From NCBI GenBank assembly GCA_011109175.1, contig RDEW01000065.1, positions 81,984-145,983 of the forward strand: a stretch of 64,000 bases of DNA, read 5' to 3'. Shown in pieces: positions 1 to 12,630 of the stretch. Positions within the stretch are counted from its first letter, which is position 1; each line of letters starts with the position of its first letter. This DNA comes from Dicyema japonicum. Lineage: Eukaryota; Animalia; Dicyemida. The position numbers and the translations under genes were made by a program. The notes beneath the pieces are model-generated. The model saw only the letters and a list, made by a program, of their open reading frames with translations. It was not told the DNA's origin and did not search any database.

Positions 1-133
1 AACTACTCTTTCCACTGGGAGCAAATTCGTTAACTGGAGACAAGTTCTAGAATCGCTGGAACGCGTCAGTACTAATGAGTTAGTTAGTTTGGTTTAACCC
101 TTAGTCTTTGGAATAATTTTACTTATTTTTTTA

Positions 134-2210
134 TTAGAATTTATTTCCCAAAATGTTCATGAAAACTAAAAATGGGGAGTCATTTTTAAACTCATAAAGA
201 AATAAGAAATCTAGATGGGATTGTAATAATTCTATTGCCACATCTTCAATTTTACTAACAGTCTTGCTTTACTCTCCACACTCTCTATTACTATACTTTC
301 ATTACTGTCTTTATTATATTATTTAAGCACTTTATGAGAGCCATACTACTTATAGCTTCGCATGTGCAGCAAAAGATACAATGTTAGATGTCATCCTTTT
401 TCATGCTCCCTTGTTCCTAGCAAAGGCTCTTAAGGTCGTCGGCAGTTTTTAAATTTCTTTTAATATTAACCAGGTCTTTTTGTAAAACTATTGGCAGTGT
501 TATTCTAGGTCTTTTACGATAGCGGCTTTCTTGACTAACATACTATATTTCCATATACATGTTCGGTGGGGATATTAATTCCATCCTCAGCACGTGTCCG
601 AAGAGCTTCCATCGGGATTCCAGTACTTCTAAACTGATAGGTCTAGTGCTGCACCTCTTATATAAAGATTTTTCGATATTCTCGTAGGCCAAGTAGTTCC
701 TGTTATTTTTCTCAACTGACCTATGTCGAACGAGTCTAGTCTTTCCATATCCGCTGATGAGGTCGCTTAAGTTTCAGCGTTATTATAAAAGTACGGGTTT
801 TATAAATGAGTCGTATAATAGGATTCTCATTTTCGTGTTGATACCTCTGATTGAGCCATAGGTTCTTCAGCATTGGCTAAAGTTTTCCTACGTAAAATAT
901 CTTCGCTATCTCCCATAAGTGAACCGAGTTTCTTTACTGGTTGCCACTTCTCTTCTAGAGCGTTACTCATCCTTCTTATCTCTGTGAGTTCTGTTTTCTC
1001 TCTGTTCAAAGTAAGAAACCATTTCCCTAGTACACCTGGTGCTTTTTCTAATAGGTTTTTCAGGACCTCTTTGTCTTCAGAAATCGTCCGCGTAGATCAC
1101 CTCTTCCGTCTTTCCTTGGTATGACGGTCTAAGTTCCCTCATAGCGGCTTTCAAATAAATTGCGAATAGTAGAGGAGAAAGGGAGTCTCCTTGTGGAGTG
1201 CCCGTGTTTGTTTCAAATTTTCTTGAATTGGTCTTTCCGACTGTCACAAGGAGCTCAGTGTTGGAAAGTAGAATTCGGATCATCCTTAGATTCGACTCAT
1301 CAAGGAATCCGCTTCAGTACCCCCCATTAACTTGTTCCTGCTAACCATATCAAAAGCTCTTGATAGGTCAATTCCCAGAATATTAGTGGCGTTATGGTAT
1401 CTTTGATGTGATGCACACCTCCATTTGTGACTCCATTACTGTCATTGGGGTCGATAAATTTTTCAACTATTGTTCACCCAACTATGACTTGCAAATGCTC
1501 GTTTATAATAGCATAACAGTCCATTGATCGCTACAAATAGTTCAATTTCATCATCATATTACCAAAGCAAGTAGTTAGATAACCAAGTTGAAAAATCTGC
1601 TCTCATTTCATAAGTAGATTAGTTAATATAATTAAAATACATCATAAAACACAATGTCAAGTCAAAAATTGGTTGAGTTTTTGTTGGGAACATTTTATTT
1701 GTGATTAAAAAACTCACTTGCTTAAAAATATGATTTTTGATGAAATTTATTTCAAATTATGAACATTGACATAAATATTTTGTTAACAAAAATACTTTGA
1801 AATCGGTAAGGAGATACTTTTCTTATAGATTTATTATTTTTTATGATTGGAGAGAAGATATTATTAAAAAGCAGACGGAGTATAAATAGTCGTTTTAGTA
1901 TACACATATTCTTTTAGGATAGGTGGTAAAGTTTCCCTCTTTCTATTTAAAACATAACAGACTTTGATGGATCATACAGAAGACCCATGGGCCGTCAATC
2001 CTCGCTCCAAAGTTATTTCTTCAGAGTTTTCATCCGGGTCGCCATTAAGATCACCAAACAGCATCCTTTCGCGCTGACTTTTCATTTTCCCTCTCATTAG
2101 GCTCTCATCAATTTTTTCAAGCGATACAATATGGTTCATCAGGGTCAGTGATCTGCTTCCTAAGAGTCCTGATATTTCCACGAAGACTGATTCAAAAATT
2201 AACATTCGTT
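134..2210 (-). mobile_element. Merlin/ISXO2 (IS1595-like) DNA transposase remnant, split by an RTE insertion
   Basis: Frameshifted minus-strand pieces read IDESLMRGK..GARIDGPWVF..PIIKNN..VNNS..FIDPND. Beyond the RTE they continue IESVESKA..ELLQSHLDFLFLYEFKNDSPFLVFMNIL*. These match the ISXO2 motifs IDES, GxWVFG, VNHSxxFVDP and IESxW. Confidence 0.7.
310..1433 (-). mobile_element. 5'-truncated, decayed RTE-clade non-LTR retrotransposon
   Basis: RT motifs GTPQGDSLSPLLF and YADD, plus LGSLMGDSEDILRRK. Conserved RTE 3' end with an AT-rich tail. 10-bp TSD CATTACTGTC at 300-309 and 1434-1443. Confidence 0.85.
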
Positions 2211-2399
2211 AAACTTTAATAAAGCTCTTCTACTTTAATCTTGATTTTCACAAGAAAACAGTTTATTTTAGACTGATGGTAGGGGAAGCTCACGCAATCT
2301 TGCTTAGTTAAAGGATTTTAGTTGTTTTATTGATTTTGATTGTTAAGAAAATTAAAGCCTTTATTGTGCTGATTAAAATTAAAAAATTGTGCACAGTTG

Positions 2400-3350
2400 A
2401 CATGTTATGTTATCCAAATTAAGTCGTGTCCGACCCTTGGATCTCATGAGCCAATTTTCTCTTCCCGATCCGTCGCAATTTGGAGTAGCCTTGATATAGG
2501 CATGGCACGGCGATGTTGGCTAGATGACACTAGCAAATCTTTGAAAGAATTCCAGCATTTAGCATCGTCGAGGCCCCGCTGAGAGAACGAGAAAAGCAGA
2601 GAAAGCTGATAAGTGCGGCTCCAGGTCTTACGAGCATGGCCAGCGTCCTTATCATAAATTGAAACCAAATATGCAATTCTCTGTAAACAAAGATTGTTTT
2701 CCAAAAATTTCGTTTCTTGAAATACACAACAAGCTCGTTTCGTAATTCGAACAGACGTTCCAATATCCTTTACGTGACAACCATCTTCTTCTCTATGGAA
2801 ATCTTTTTTGAACATGGATTTATAAGATTTTTGCAATAAGATGTGCTCTCCGCAACGTGCTACAAGATAACTCACCTGTTTAATTAAAATAATTATAAAC
2901 TTCATAAGATGCTCTGGTCTATTTTAAGTTGCCGTCTTTCGCAAAATTGGACATTTCCAACTTGCATCTTTTAGATTCATTCAATATTTTTTAAATCTTT
3001 TATTCACTTATTGTTTCTCATTAAAAATCTTATAAAATTGACAAAAATAAGAATTTTTATATCGACGTAAAATAGGAGCTATAGACTTGCTTTTGGTAAC
3101 ACATGGAGTGCATTTAACTAACTAAAAGTTGTCATATTAATAATAATTCTTTAATCACAATTTTGATGTTAATTTCATGTGACTCAGGTTCGCTATAGAA
3201 ATTTAATTCTGATTCATTCAATCAGTAAGATCTGATCAATATTTTAGCTACAAGACTCTAAAAACTAACGGGCCATCAGGCGTTTTGCCCAACATTCGAT
3301 ACACTGCGCCGCACGTCCATCGGTTGTAAAATGATTAAGGAAGGTTTAAT
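2400..3350 (-). mobile_element. hAT (Charlie/Buster, FAM200/ZBED-like) transposase fragment
   Basis: Fragments TTDG, ERLFELRNELVVYF and LQRIAYLVSIY; many stops and frameshifts. Confidence 0.65.
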
Positions 3351-3448
3351 CTGCCAAGAAGATAGCAGTTTGTGAAAAAGAGAACTCTGCTGTTAGCATA
3401 CAATAAATTAAACGACTTCGATACGGGAAATCACTTAATTATCGGGTT

Positions 3449-6400
3449 TTAACTTAAAAATCCAATTTTGGGCACAGAAATTGGAGATGGATGGGATTTT
3501 CCTGGAGAAAGATTCAAGGGATTTGTGTTAAAGCCTTCAAGGATAAATTGGTTGAGGGAAGTGAGGTAAATAAAGGTTGAATGACCTCTTCTGAATCCAT
3601 GTTGTGAGGATAAAAAATGAAGAGATGGGGTTATAAGATTAAGAATCAATTTTTTCAATAATTTTGACTCCATAGTAAAGAGATTGGTAGAGATTATGAA
3701 TAATTGTCCTTAGGCTTTAGGATTGGGCGTATATATGACAGTTACTAGGAATGTTTATTGAATAGTTGAAAATCAGTGTGATTGCATTAGGCATGAAGAT
3801 GTAAGGAGCTCCAAATACGCTTGTAATGGGAATCCCAGATATTTCCGTAGTCCCATCATTTATTATTAATTGTAGTTTTCGGAGATGACAGTAAATCGAA
3901 TATCATTCGTCATAATAATAAGGAGACCTCCACCTCAACGGTTCTGGCGGTCCAGGAAGATGCAGTGGTATACTGGAAAATGTGGGTTAGACAAAGATGG
4001 ACTAAGTCGATGTTCTGTTTGTTTATAAAAATCCCCAGTTAAAGAAGTTTGCTTTTGATTCTGTTGATGTTTATTTACAAAATTGAGAGTTGCGGCAGGA
4101 TTAAGTTTCATGTCGCCAACGATAATTATTAGAATCCTATCCTGTCGAGTGGATTGAGAAGGGGAAGAAGATGTAGTCCGAAAGTCCTTCTTCGGATGGG
4201 AGTGAGCTAATGGTTCTTTTTTAAAGTGCATAAAGTTCCGCGCCTCCAGAATTTTCTCAATGGTAAGCCAGAAGACACCATGACTATAACCCCAGTTTCG
4301 CTCACTTGTAGGAAACTGGCAACAGTCTAAAATGCGCCACTAAGATAGGACGTTCCCAAAAATCCATTACTTTGACGTCGCGCCCAGGAGGTCCAGTTCA
4401 TTTCAAGGTTATCACCCAGAGGCAGGATTTTCGAGTCCTAATGAAGAGCCAACGAGAGATGATTTCAAACACCGTATTACAGCTATCAATGCTGAGTTTT
4501 GGACATGTTGCGACTTTTGTTGGAGGGAGAGCGCTATGTAAGGGACTCAGCTTGTGGAGTCGGTGTCCTAACGTGTTGCTTGTACAATAAAGTAAGGAAC
4601 TCCTTTTCTAGCCATTCGAGTGGCCAGCTATTACTCGGATGATGTTTAATTTTCATTTTGATTTGATGCAAAGTACTTCAACGTGTTTGTTATAACTTGA
4701 GCCACGTGACAAACATGACTCCAAGGATTTTGGGAGAAGTTCTGGGAGAAATTCTTTGTTGATGTATATGTGGTTAAATTGTGTTTACTCAGTTGTAAAA
4801 ATTGTTACTGAGGATTTCGACGTGGATGGAGACTTCCAGTTTGTCACAATCCAGTCAGAAAAAAAGTCAAGTGTATTTGGACATTACAAGAGGCCAATTG
4901 AATGTTGTTATCCCTGGAAGCAATAATAATGCAATCGGCATATGATAGGAGGATCGTTTTCTGGGTCGTTGAGATGTCGCTGAGGTATAGGTTAAAAAGT
5001 GATGGTGAGAAAACTGATCCCTGAGGAACACCAATTGGGAGGTAGCGGAATCGGGACATAAAGGAATGAAAAGATGTTCAATCCGGAAAGGAAGTTTTTT
5101 TAGCCAGGACTGCCAAACTTGATAGATATTGATGAACTGATCTTGTTGAGAGAACCACACAAGAAATGCTGTAAATGCTTTTTTCAGGTGATTGAGATCA
5201 GAACAGTTCTTTCGGGGGTTCGAATTGTTAAAACCGTCGGCAATAAAGTCTGTTATAGTAGATAAATGAGAGGACGTTAAGTGAAGGGGACGAAAGCCAT
5301 GTGTGAAAGGTAGAGGTAGCTCAAAATCTCGTTCAAGGTAATTCTTTCCAAAATCTTCGTTACAAATGAGATAAATAGGTCTGTAGAGGAAGGAGAGGAA
5401 GAATCCTTGTTTTTGGTACAGGGATAATTATCATCATAATCGAATTCTTCCTTAACAGAAGAATAAAACGCGAGTTGATTGGGAATTCATAAATGGCCTT
5501 GAGACCATTAAGTCTGTTAACTCCGAGATGTTTCAAGTGGAGGATACATGGCCATCAGAGTCTTTGGCATGAGAGTTTCGTGCATTTTGGATCAATTCAT
5601 TGATTAGTGATACGGGAACTTTGATATAACCCATTGTACCTCGTGGTGGTTGAACTCTCGTAGGTCGAGTATCCTTGAACATTGGAATATGACTGCTCTT
5701 GCAATGATGGGTCATGAAAACGTTTGGCTGACGGCGAAAGTCTTTAGGTCGGTTTTTATGAGTGGAGGGGAATCGATGATCAGGTTGTGATCAGAGGGTA
5801 GGTCATATCTGACATTCCAGGTAATCAACTATGCGATTGAGGGTGAGCATGTCGAAAGATCAGGGGATGTGTTTGGATCCCCAGGACGAGTTCCACATCT
5901 TGTGTGTTGGTTGTGGTTGTTCAGTATGACATGGTGTTCGGGAATGTACATATTAAAGAGAATGTAAGGAGTTGATATGACGTTAATGCTAATGGAGTTA
6001 CTACGGCTTCTGAATAGTGTCGGTGAAATTAATGGGCCTTTTGGAAATTGCTCTTCCACATGTTTCTAAAAAGTTAGTAGTTGGTAGAAAATGATTCCAG
6101 GTATTTTGGAATGTCTCGTGAATTCTTAAAATTGGTTGAAAAATTAGTTGGTTGCAGTTGAACGTGAATAAGTGACGGTGGATTTCGACGGAGAGGAGGA
6201 TTGATGATTTGCTCCTAGCCACTCTTCAAAAGTGTTCAACTGGTTCTGAACATTCTTCATTGCTTCGTTAACGTCTTTGTCTTTAGAGACAATAATCAGG
6301 TCATCCGCATAAGATATGATAAGTGTCTTGGAATTGGATAGAATATCGCTTAGGTGCAAGTTGAATAAGGTAGGAGACAAAAAGGAGCTTTTGGGAACTC

Positions 6401-6600
6401 TGTTTGAAAGGAATCGGCAGTAAGATAAACAGGACATAATTTCAACCCGACCAATTCTTTCAGTGAGGAAATTTGTTAGCCAATTCTGAAAACGTGGAGG
6501 AATTCGAGATGCAAGAATTTGTTACCTTGAACCCGCCTTTATGTTAAATCAAACGCTTTGGTTAGGTAAATCGATGCAAAGATACTCTGTCTGGGAGAAA
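3449..6600 (-). mobile_element. Cluster of decayed L2/Jockey-like non-LTR retrotransposon fragments (APE and RT)
   Basis: QHGFRRGHST, GVPQGSVFSPSLFNLYL, YADDLII and APE-type IIVGDM/SPDLS fragments, from at least two copies. Confidence 0.8.
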
Positions 6601-6899
6601 ATAAAACGGATTTTTTAATTAAAGTCAAATTTTAACAAATTTATATTAATTCAATATTTGTTTATTTTTAAAAATTGTTTTAGAATATGGCGAACCTTTA
6701 ATACGTTTGCATATTATTTGACATGTATTTGCCATGTTCTAGTGGTTGGTAGTTTGTTTTCTATTTTGTTGTATTTTCATACAATTTATTCAATATTATA
6801 CATATTATGGATTCATCAAATAGTGTTGAAGGCTGTTATCAAAATGTAATATATGTGTATATTTTGGTGACCTATAAATATGGATTATTCTCCACTATT

Positions 6900-7150
6900 T
6901 GACTGTGATCAGTTCTTCAAAACTTACATTTTTGATATTTTCATCACTATTTTAAAAATTTTATTGGAATGTTGAATCTCATCAATGTTGGGGATCATGT
7001 TGCACACAACTGTTAAACTGAACTATACAGAGATGAGTCCTTTATTGAGGTCGAGAAGTATATCACGTCGACATTTTCACAGACATTAGAAACAAGTTTT
7101 TTCCAGTACTCAAAGAGTTATTATTTTCATCGGGGTGAGATCGATCTTGT
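6900..7150 (-). mobile_element. hAT transposase C-terminal remnant
   Basis: EYWKKL..THLC..VCNMIPNIDEI resembles the end of the hAT dimerisation domain; heavily decayed. Confidence 0.4.
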
Positions 7151-8624
7151 TGATCATGCAGAAATTGTCAGCACGTGGAGGTTGAAAAAGAGCAGAGTAT
7201 ATCATATGCTGGTAGATATGAGTGGTGCCCACATTGTAGACGAGCCAGGTTTACTCGCATGTCCCTTGAAATAGAGGATTCTGATTGGTCTATTGGAGGA
7301 GGGTGTGTTGTAATATTTTATTGTCTTCGGATCGTAGAAACGAAATCGTGTATTTGTTTCAGACGACTTCTGTCATTGGGGATGGATGGATGATAACATT
7401 CGTTGTCATAATAATTTTCATTTGTTTTGCGCCTTTCATAAGGAGTGGCAGGGATATTCTATACCTTTTCAGGTTCAAATTGGGAATAAACAAAATCAAA
7501 TTGGGAATACACCATATATTCAAATTATTGACAAAAATTTATTTAAATTTTTTAACAAGAAAATTTTTATTTGACCGTTAGAAATAAACATTGTTAAGAT
7601 TAATTACACTGGGTAAAACCCATTGTTTCCGTTCAATCAACTTACTGCATTGTCCCGCACTTATGTTTTTCATTGATTCTTCTATAATTTTTTCCTGTAC
7701 ACGCAAACGATACTCAGTTTTTGTGAGCGTAACGTTGTCTCGAGATAAAATTTCCGACATTTTTGTAGATAATTCTCGTTTAACTTGGATTTTAATATTG
7801 CCCATACACCTTCTATCGGATTTAACATTGGACTATTGGTGCTAATCGCAAAAATAGATTTCTGTTTATTTCTCGATATTGTAAAATATAATTTTCTAGA
7901 CCATTGTGGCAGGAGCATTGTCAATTACCAAAACCACTGGTCTTTGGGACATTAGATTTGCTTTCTAAATGTATTTTTTGACCCATTCGCATGCAGTATT
8001 CATTCTGAATGATCCACGTTTTATTTCATAAAATCCACCCCATTTATTCCAATGCATCCAATCAAATGTATGTTTGCCCCTTTTGAACAAGCTATAGGCG
8101 TAGTACAACGTTTACTTCTTATTGATCTTCCCGTTCTTCGGCTAATATAATCTTAAAATTAGTTTCATCCATAAAAACAATAGGAACGTCATTTGGTTGG
8201 TACTCGAGAAGCTTCTCTGCAAATCGTTTCCTTTTCTCTTTATTTTCGTCAGAGTTTGCTGTATTTGGCTCGAAACGATTATTTTTCAAAGTATAGAGAG
8301 AATAATCAAGATGTACTCGGATTGACTTTGTTGAAATATTCAGAGCGAATGTTGATAATAATTCATCTTTTATTTGTTGAAGCGTCAAGATACATTTAAT
8401 GATACGATTAATATGCTCTTCAAAGATTTTCTGACGTCTTTTACCTCCTCTTTTGTCTTGAGTGAATTCTTCCAAGTGAATCCATCTATACAGAGTTGAA
8501 GTTTTGATCCTCAAATTCTTAGCAAGTTCAATATATTTTCCATTAGCTTGATAAGCAGCAATTATTTGTTTTATTTCATCGGCTTATTATTATTAACCCA
8601 AGAACACCAATAGTTAATTTAATT

Positions 8625-10250
8625 ACTAAATTAATTAAGTGATCTCGAAGGCCTCAATCAGAATTCTCATTTTCTTTTCGTGCGCCTTCTGGGATCCGAC
8701 ACAACTTCTCTGTGGGCGGGGTAGTTTCGGGAATTGGAAAGGGGTGATGTATACCTTTCTCATAAGACACGTCGTGGCTGTGTATTGTTGAGAGTTGCAC
8801 TGCTTGCACAGAGGTAGCAAATCCTTTTCCATTTTGTCGGATCTGGTCTTCAAGTGATGAGGGTATTAGTTTTTCTAGTTTCCCGAGATTACTAATACTA
8901 GTGGCTGTTAAGGCCTGAATGTCCCGGATTCTTTGTTTGTTAGTCCAGGACAGATTGATTCCCCATGACGTACAGGCATAGCTGACAGAAGGCTCAATGA
9001 ATTGTTTGTACAACAGTTTCAAAGCTGGGAAAGAGGTTTTAATGCCACCGAAAATAGTTTTGATTATCCCTAGCTTTCTTGAGCAGCTTCAAGAGACAGC
9101 GTCGACGTGAGATGAAAAGGACATGTGTGTGTCGAAGGTGATCCCCAAGATTTTCAGTTTCTTCGTGAAAGGTATTTTAGTCTGGTTGATAAATATATCC
9201 ACTGTCATTTGTCCAAGTCGTTTGTCTGAGGTAAATAAAGACGAAAAAGATTTTTCAGTTATATATCAAGCCGGTTGTAATTTAGCCATATTTGAATCTT
9301 GTGAAGGTATTCTTGTAGTCTTTCTTATGCATTTGGGATTATGATAGGAGAAAATCGTCTTTATTATCGGGTTGTGGTAAATCGGACATGTATAAGTTAA
9401 ATAAGGCTGGTGATAAAAGGGAACCTTGTGGGACTCCATTGGGTAGTAATCTTAAACTGATTTAGTACCATCCATGTATACCCGGGCCCTTCTTCCATTT
9501 ATGAAGTTAGCAAGCCAAAGTTTTATATTGGGGTTGACGGGGAGAAAAACAGTTTTCGGGTTAGGATTTTACTTGAGACAGTCGAAGGATTTTTGTAAAT
9601 CGATCGAGCAAACGACTGTTTTGAGGTGACGGGGATTTGTGTTAAAGCCTTCAATGATAAATTGGTTGAGGGAAGTTAGGTGGGTAGAAGTTGAATGACC
9701 CCTTCTGAATCCATGTTGTGAGGACGAAAAAGGAAGGGACGGGGTTATAAGGTTAATAATCAATTTTTCCAATAACTTTGATAAGGTGCATAGTAAAGAG
9801 ATTGGTCGAAATGATGCAGGATTGTTTTTAGGCTTCCCAGGCTTAAGGATTGGGCGTATATAGGACAGTTTCCAGATAGTTGGAATTGTATTCATGTTTA
9901 TTGAATAGTTGAAAATCACTGTGATTGCATCAATCGCAATAGGTCCAAGGTGTTTTAGTAAAATACCAGGGATAGAATCTGGCCCACATGAGAGGGAAGA
10001 ATTCACCCTCTTCAAACTCTCACTGACATCTGAATGAGAGATGAAGTTAATCGGCTGTGTTCTCTTCGGTCTTATTGAGGATAAAGAAGCCCCATCCATT
10101 TTTCTGAAAGGTTTGTGGCTTATATTGGTGTAATATTTCATGAGCTTGTTAAGACTGTGCTGATCCGTCTGTTGTCTTTTAAAAAATCCTTTTGGACCAA
10201 GTTGTTTATTTCTCTCCATATCTTCTGAGCAGATTTCTGATTTCATTGGC
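8625..10250 (-). mobile_element. 5'-truncated L2/Jockey-like element nested in the Tc1 element
   Basis: RT (GPDSIP..WKLSYIRPILKPGK..FRPISLL..QHGFRRGHST..IDLQKSFD) and a 3' end reading ..EIT* followed by a TAAT-rich tail. Confidence 0.85.
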
Positions 10251-10319
10251 TTCTTTTTTTAATATAACAAGAGCGAGGCATGTCTGAATTTGAATAAGAA
10301 GTAACTTTTTAATAATTAA

Positions 10320-12470
10320 TTGACGGTCTCAAACCTGGCCATCTGTCAGACTTGGTGTCCCATTCTGTCGGTAGGCCTGGATCGCTACTCTTGGAGCGAA
10401 CCCGGGATCTCGTAGCTCGCATGCTTTCCGGAAACGTTTCCGATTTTGGTCGGAATCTCCTCTTTTCGGCGAATCTAACGGGCCTTGGAAAGAAAGATGG
10501 TGGTATTCGCCCATTGCAATTGGAAACGTGTTTCGACGTTTATCCGCAAAAATGGCTTGTCGTTTTGTTATCTCCCGAATTTCAGCCGAATTTTGTCCTT
10601 CGCAGCTTGGTGTCGGAATCAATGGCGGCTGTGAAGCTGGGATCCACGCAGTGAGAGAATTTGTGTCACAATCAGCTGAATTGAATGTTAAGGACAGAGT
10701 TTTATTCAAATTGGACCTCCGGAATGCCTTCAATTCAGTCAGAAGGGACACCGTCCTTGATACCTGTAGGAGGAGGATTCCTCAGATTTATCCCTTTGTA
10801 TATCTCGCGTATTCGGATCCATCCCCTCTTGTTTTTGGCAGTGCAATTATTTCGTCCGGATCCGGAGTTCAACAGGGGGACCCACTCGGTCCTCTTCTAT
10901 TTTCCTTGTCTATCGACCATATTGGCCAGGACCGTTGCACTCCACTGAACGTCTGGTATCTGGACGATTGTATTCTAGGTGGAAGTCCCGATGATATTCT
11001 CTCCAAAGTTGCGTCGATCAGAAGTTTGTGTGGAAAAATCGGTCTGGAATTTAACAATGAAAAGTGCGAAGCAATTAATCTGAATTTGAGTTCCGATTCA
11101 TTCTACCTTTTTCATAGAAAACTCTGCGAAATCATCCCAGGGGTTAGGGAGACTCATATTGATTCTCTCGACTTCCTTGGGTGTGGGATTTTGGTAAACA
11201 GGGTGAGGGAGTTATTGGAAGGCAAGAGGACTAATTTACGTCAATATGCCGACAGGATAAGTTTTTTGGATTGTCATGTCGCCTTTTTTATGCTGAAGAA
11301 TTGTCTCCTTCTCCCAAAACTCCTTTTTATTCTACGGGGATCCCCATGCTACGCCGAAAAAGACCTTCTATCGTTAATTGATATGGATATCCGGTCAACG
11401 ATGGGGTCCATTCTTAATGTTTGTTTTGATGATTTCGGATGGTTACAGGCCTCTCTCCTGTAGCCTGCGGTGGTTTGGGTCTTTCTCTTCCTTCGGACGT
11501 TGCTTTGGGCGCCTATTTATCTTCGTTCAGCTCGTCAAGGCGTTTGTGGATACGGTCCTTCACTCTACTTCCGGACTAAACGTACCGCTGACGCCGTCGG
11601 GAGCCTGGGATGAATGGATGAATTTGTACCTAAATGCTCCGGTCAATTGTGATAAGCAAAAGTCCTATTTGTTTTGTGTCTTCGAAAAGAAGAAAGAATC
11701 CCTTGAAAAGACGGAAGATATAAGAAGGCTTGCTTGCCTCAAAACAGCCAGTTGTCACTCGACGGGGGCCTGGATGAACGCTTTTCCATCTGCCGAAATT
11801 GGAAACCTGTTGGATGATGAGGCTGTGAGAATAGCTACCTCGCTTCGTCTTAATCTTAAATTGTGTGCCGAAAGAAAATGCCGCTGTGGACGTTGGATCG
11901 ATCCTTTTGGTTATCATCCCTTGTCATGCAAGATGAGTGCGGGTCGTTTCCCCAGGCACTACTGCCTTAACATGACATTAAAGAATTCCCTTGCCTCTGC
12001 TGGACACCATTGCCTGTTAGAACCTGTGGTCTTTCTCGAAACGATGGAAAACGCCCTGATGGGATGACGACTTTTCCATTCGCCAACGGACGAAACCTGA
12101 TCTGGGACGCGACGTGTGTTGATACTTATTCCCCGTCTAATTTGGTTGCTTCTGCTTCAGACCCAGGACATGCTTCGATGCAGGCCGAGGAACGAAAGAG
12201 GAGGAAGTACCAGAGAATTTCGGAGGAGTATATATTTGTTCCATTCGCGGTGGAAACGTCAGGAATCCTTGGCCCCAAGCAGATGAGTTGGTTCGTAAGA
12301 TCGGCTCCATGATTCAAGCTGTGACCAAGGATCCGCGAGAGACTGGTTGGTTCCGAGAACGTATCTCGTTGGCTATTGTTAGGGGAAATAGCATGGCCAT
12401 TCAGATGCCTTAATTTTGAACTCTTTTTCATTAATAAATTTTCCTATTTGAAAAAAAAATTAAGATTATA
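10320..12470 (+). mobile_element. CRE-clade (RLE-type) non-LTR retrotransposon, 5'-truncated and frameshifted
   Basis: KKDGGIRP, LGVGINGGCEA, KLDLRNAFNSVRR, GVQQGDPLGP, WYLDD; CRCG zinc-knuckle region; RLE motifs KRPDG..WDATC..EERKRRKY..PFAVETSG; A-rich 3' end. Confidence 0.9.
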
Positions 12471-12489
12471 AAAAAATATTATTTAAATT

Positions 12490-12630
12490 CCCATTTTGAA
12501 TTTGCTTATTCCCAATTTGAATTTGCTAATTCCCATTCTGAATTTGTTTATTCCAAATTCCATTTGCATTTTCCCAATTTGATTTTGCCAATTCCCAATT
12601 TGATTTTGTTTATTCCCAATTTGAACCTGA
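12490..12630. repeat. Subterminal tandem repeat, about 7 degenerate units of about 21 bp, in the right Tc1 end
   Basis: Repeated unit close to CAAATTGGGAATAAACAAAAT on the minus strand; only about 2 units at the left end. Confidence 0.8.

Noticed and set aside
7175-7581. Plus-strand ORFs with an apparent transmembrane segment
   Set aside because: They are the antisense of the L2 3' region plus the Tc1 TIR; the minus-strand L2 frame joins across the Tc1 insertion.
12490-12630. Regular short repeats resembling a CRISPR array or telomere
   Set aside because: The units are contiguous and degenerate with no unique spacers; they form the subterminal part of a Tc1 inverted repeat.
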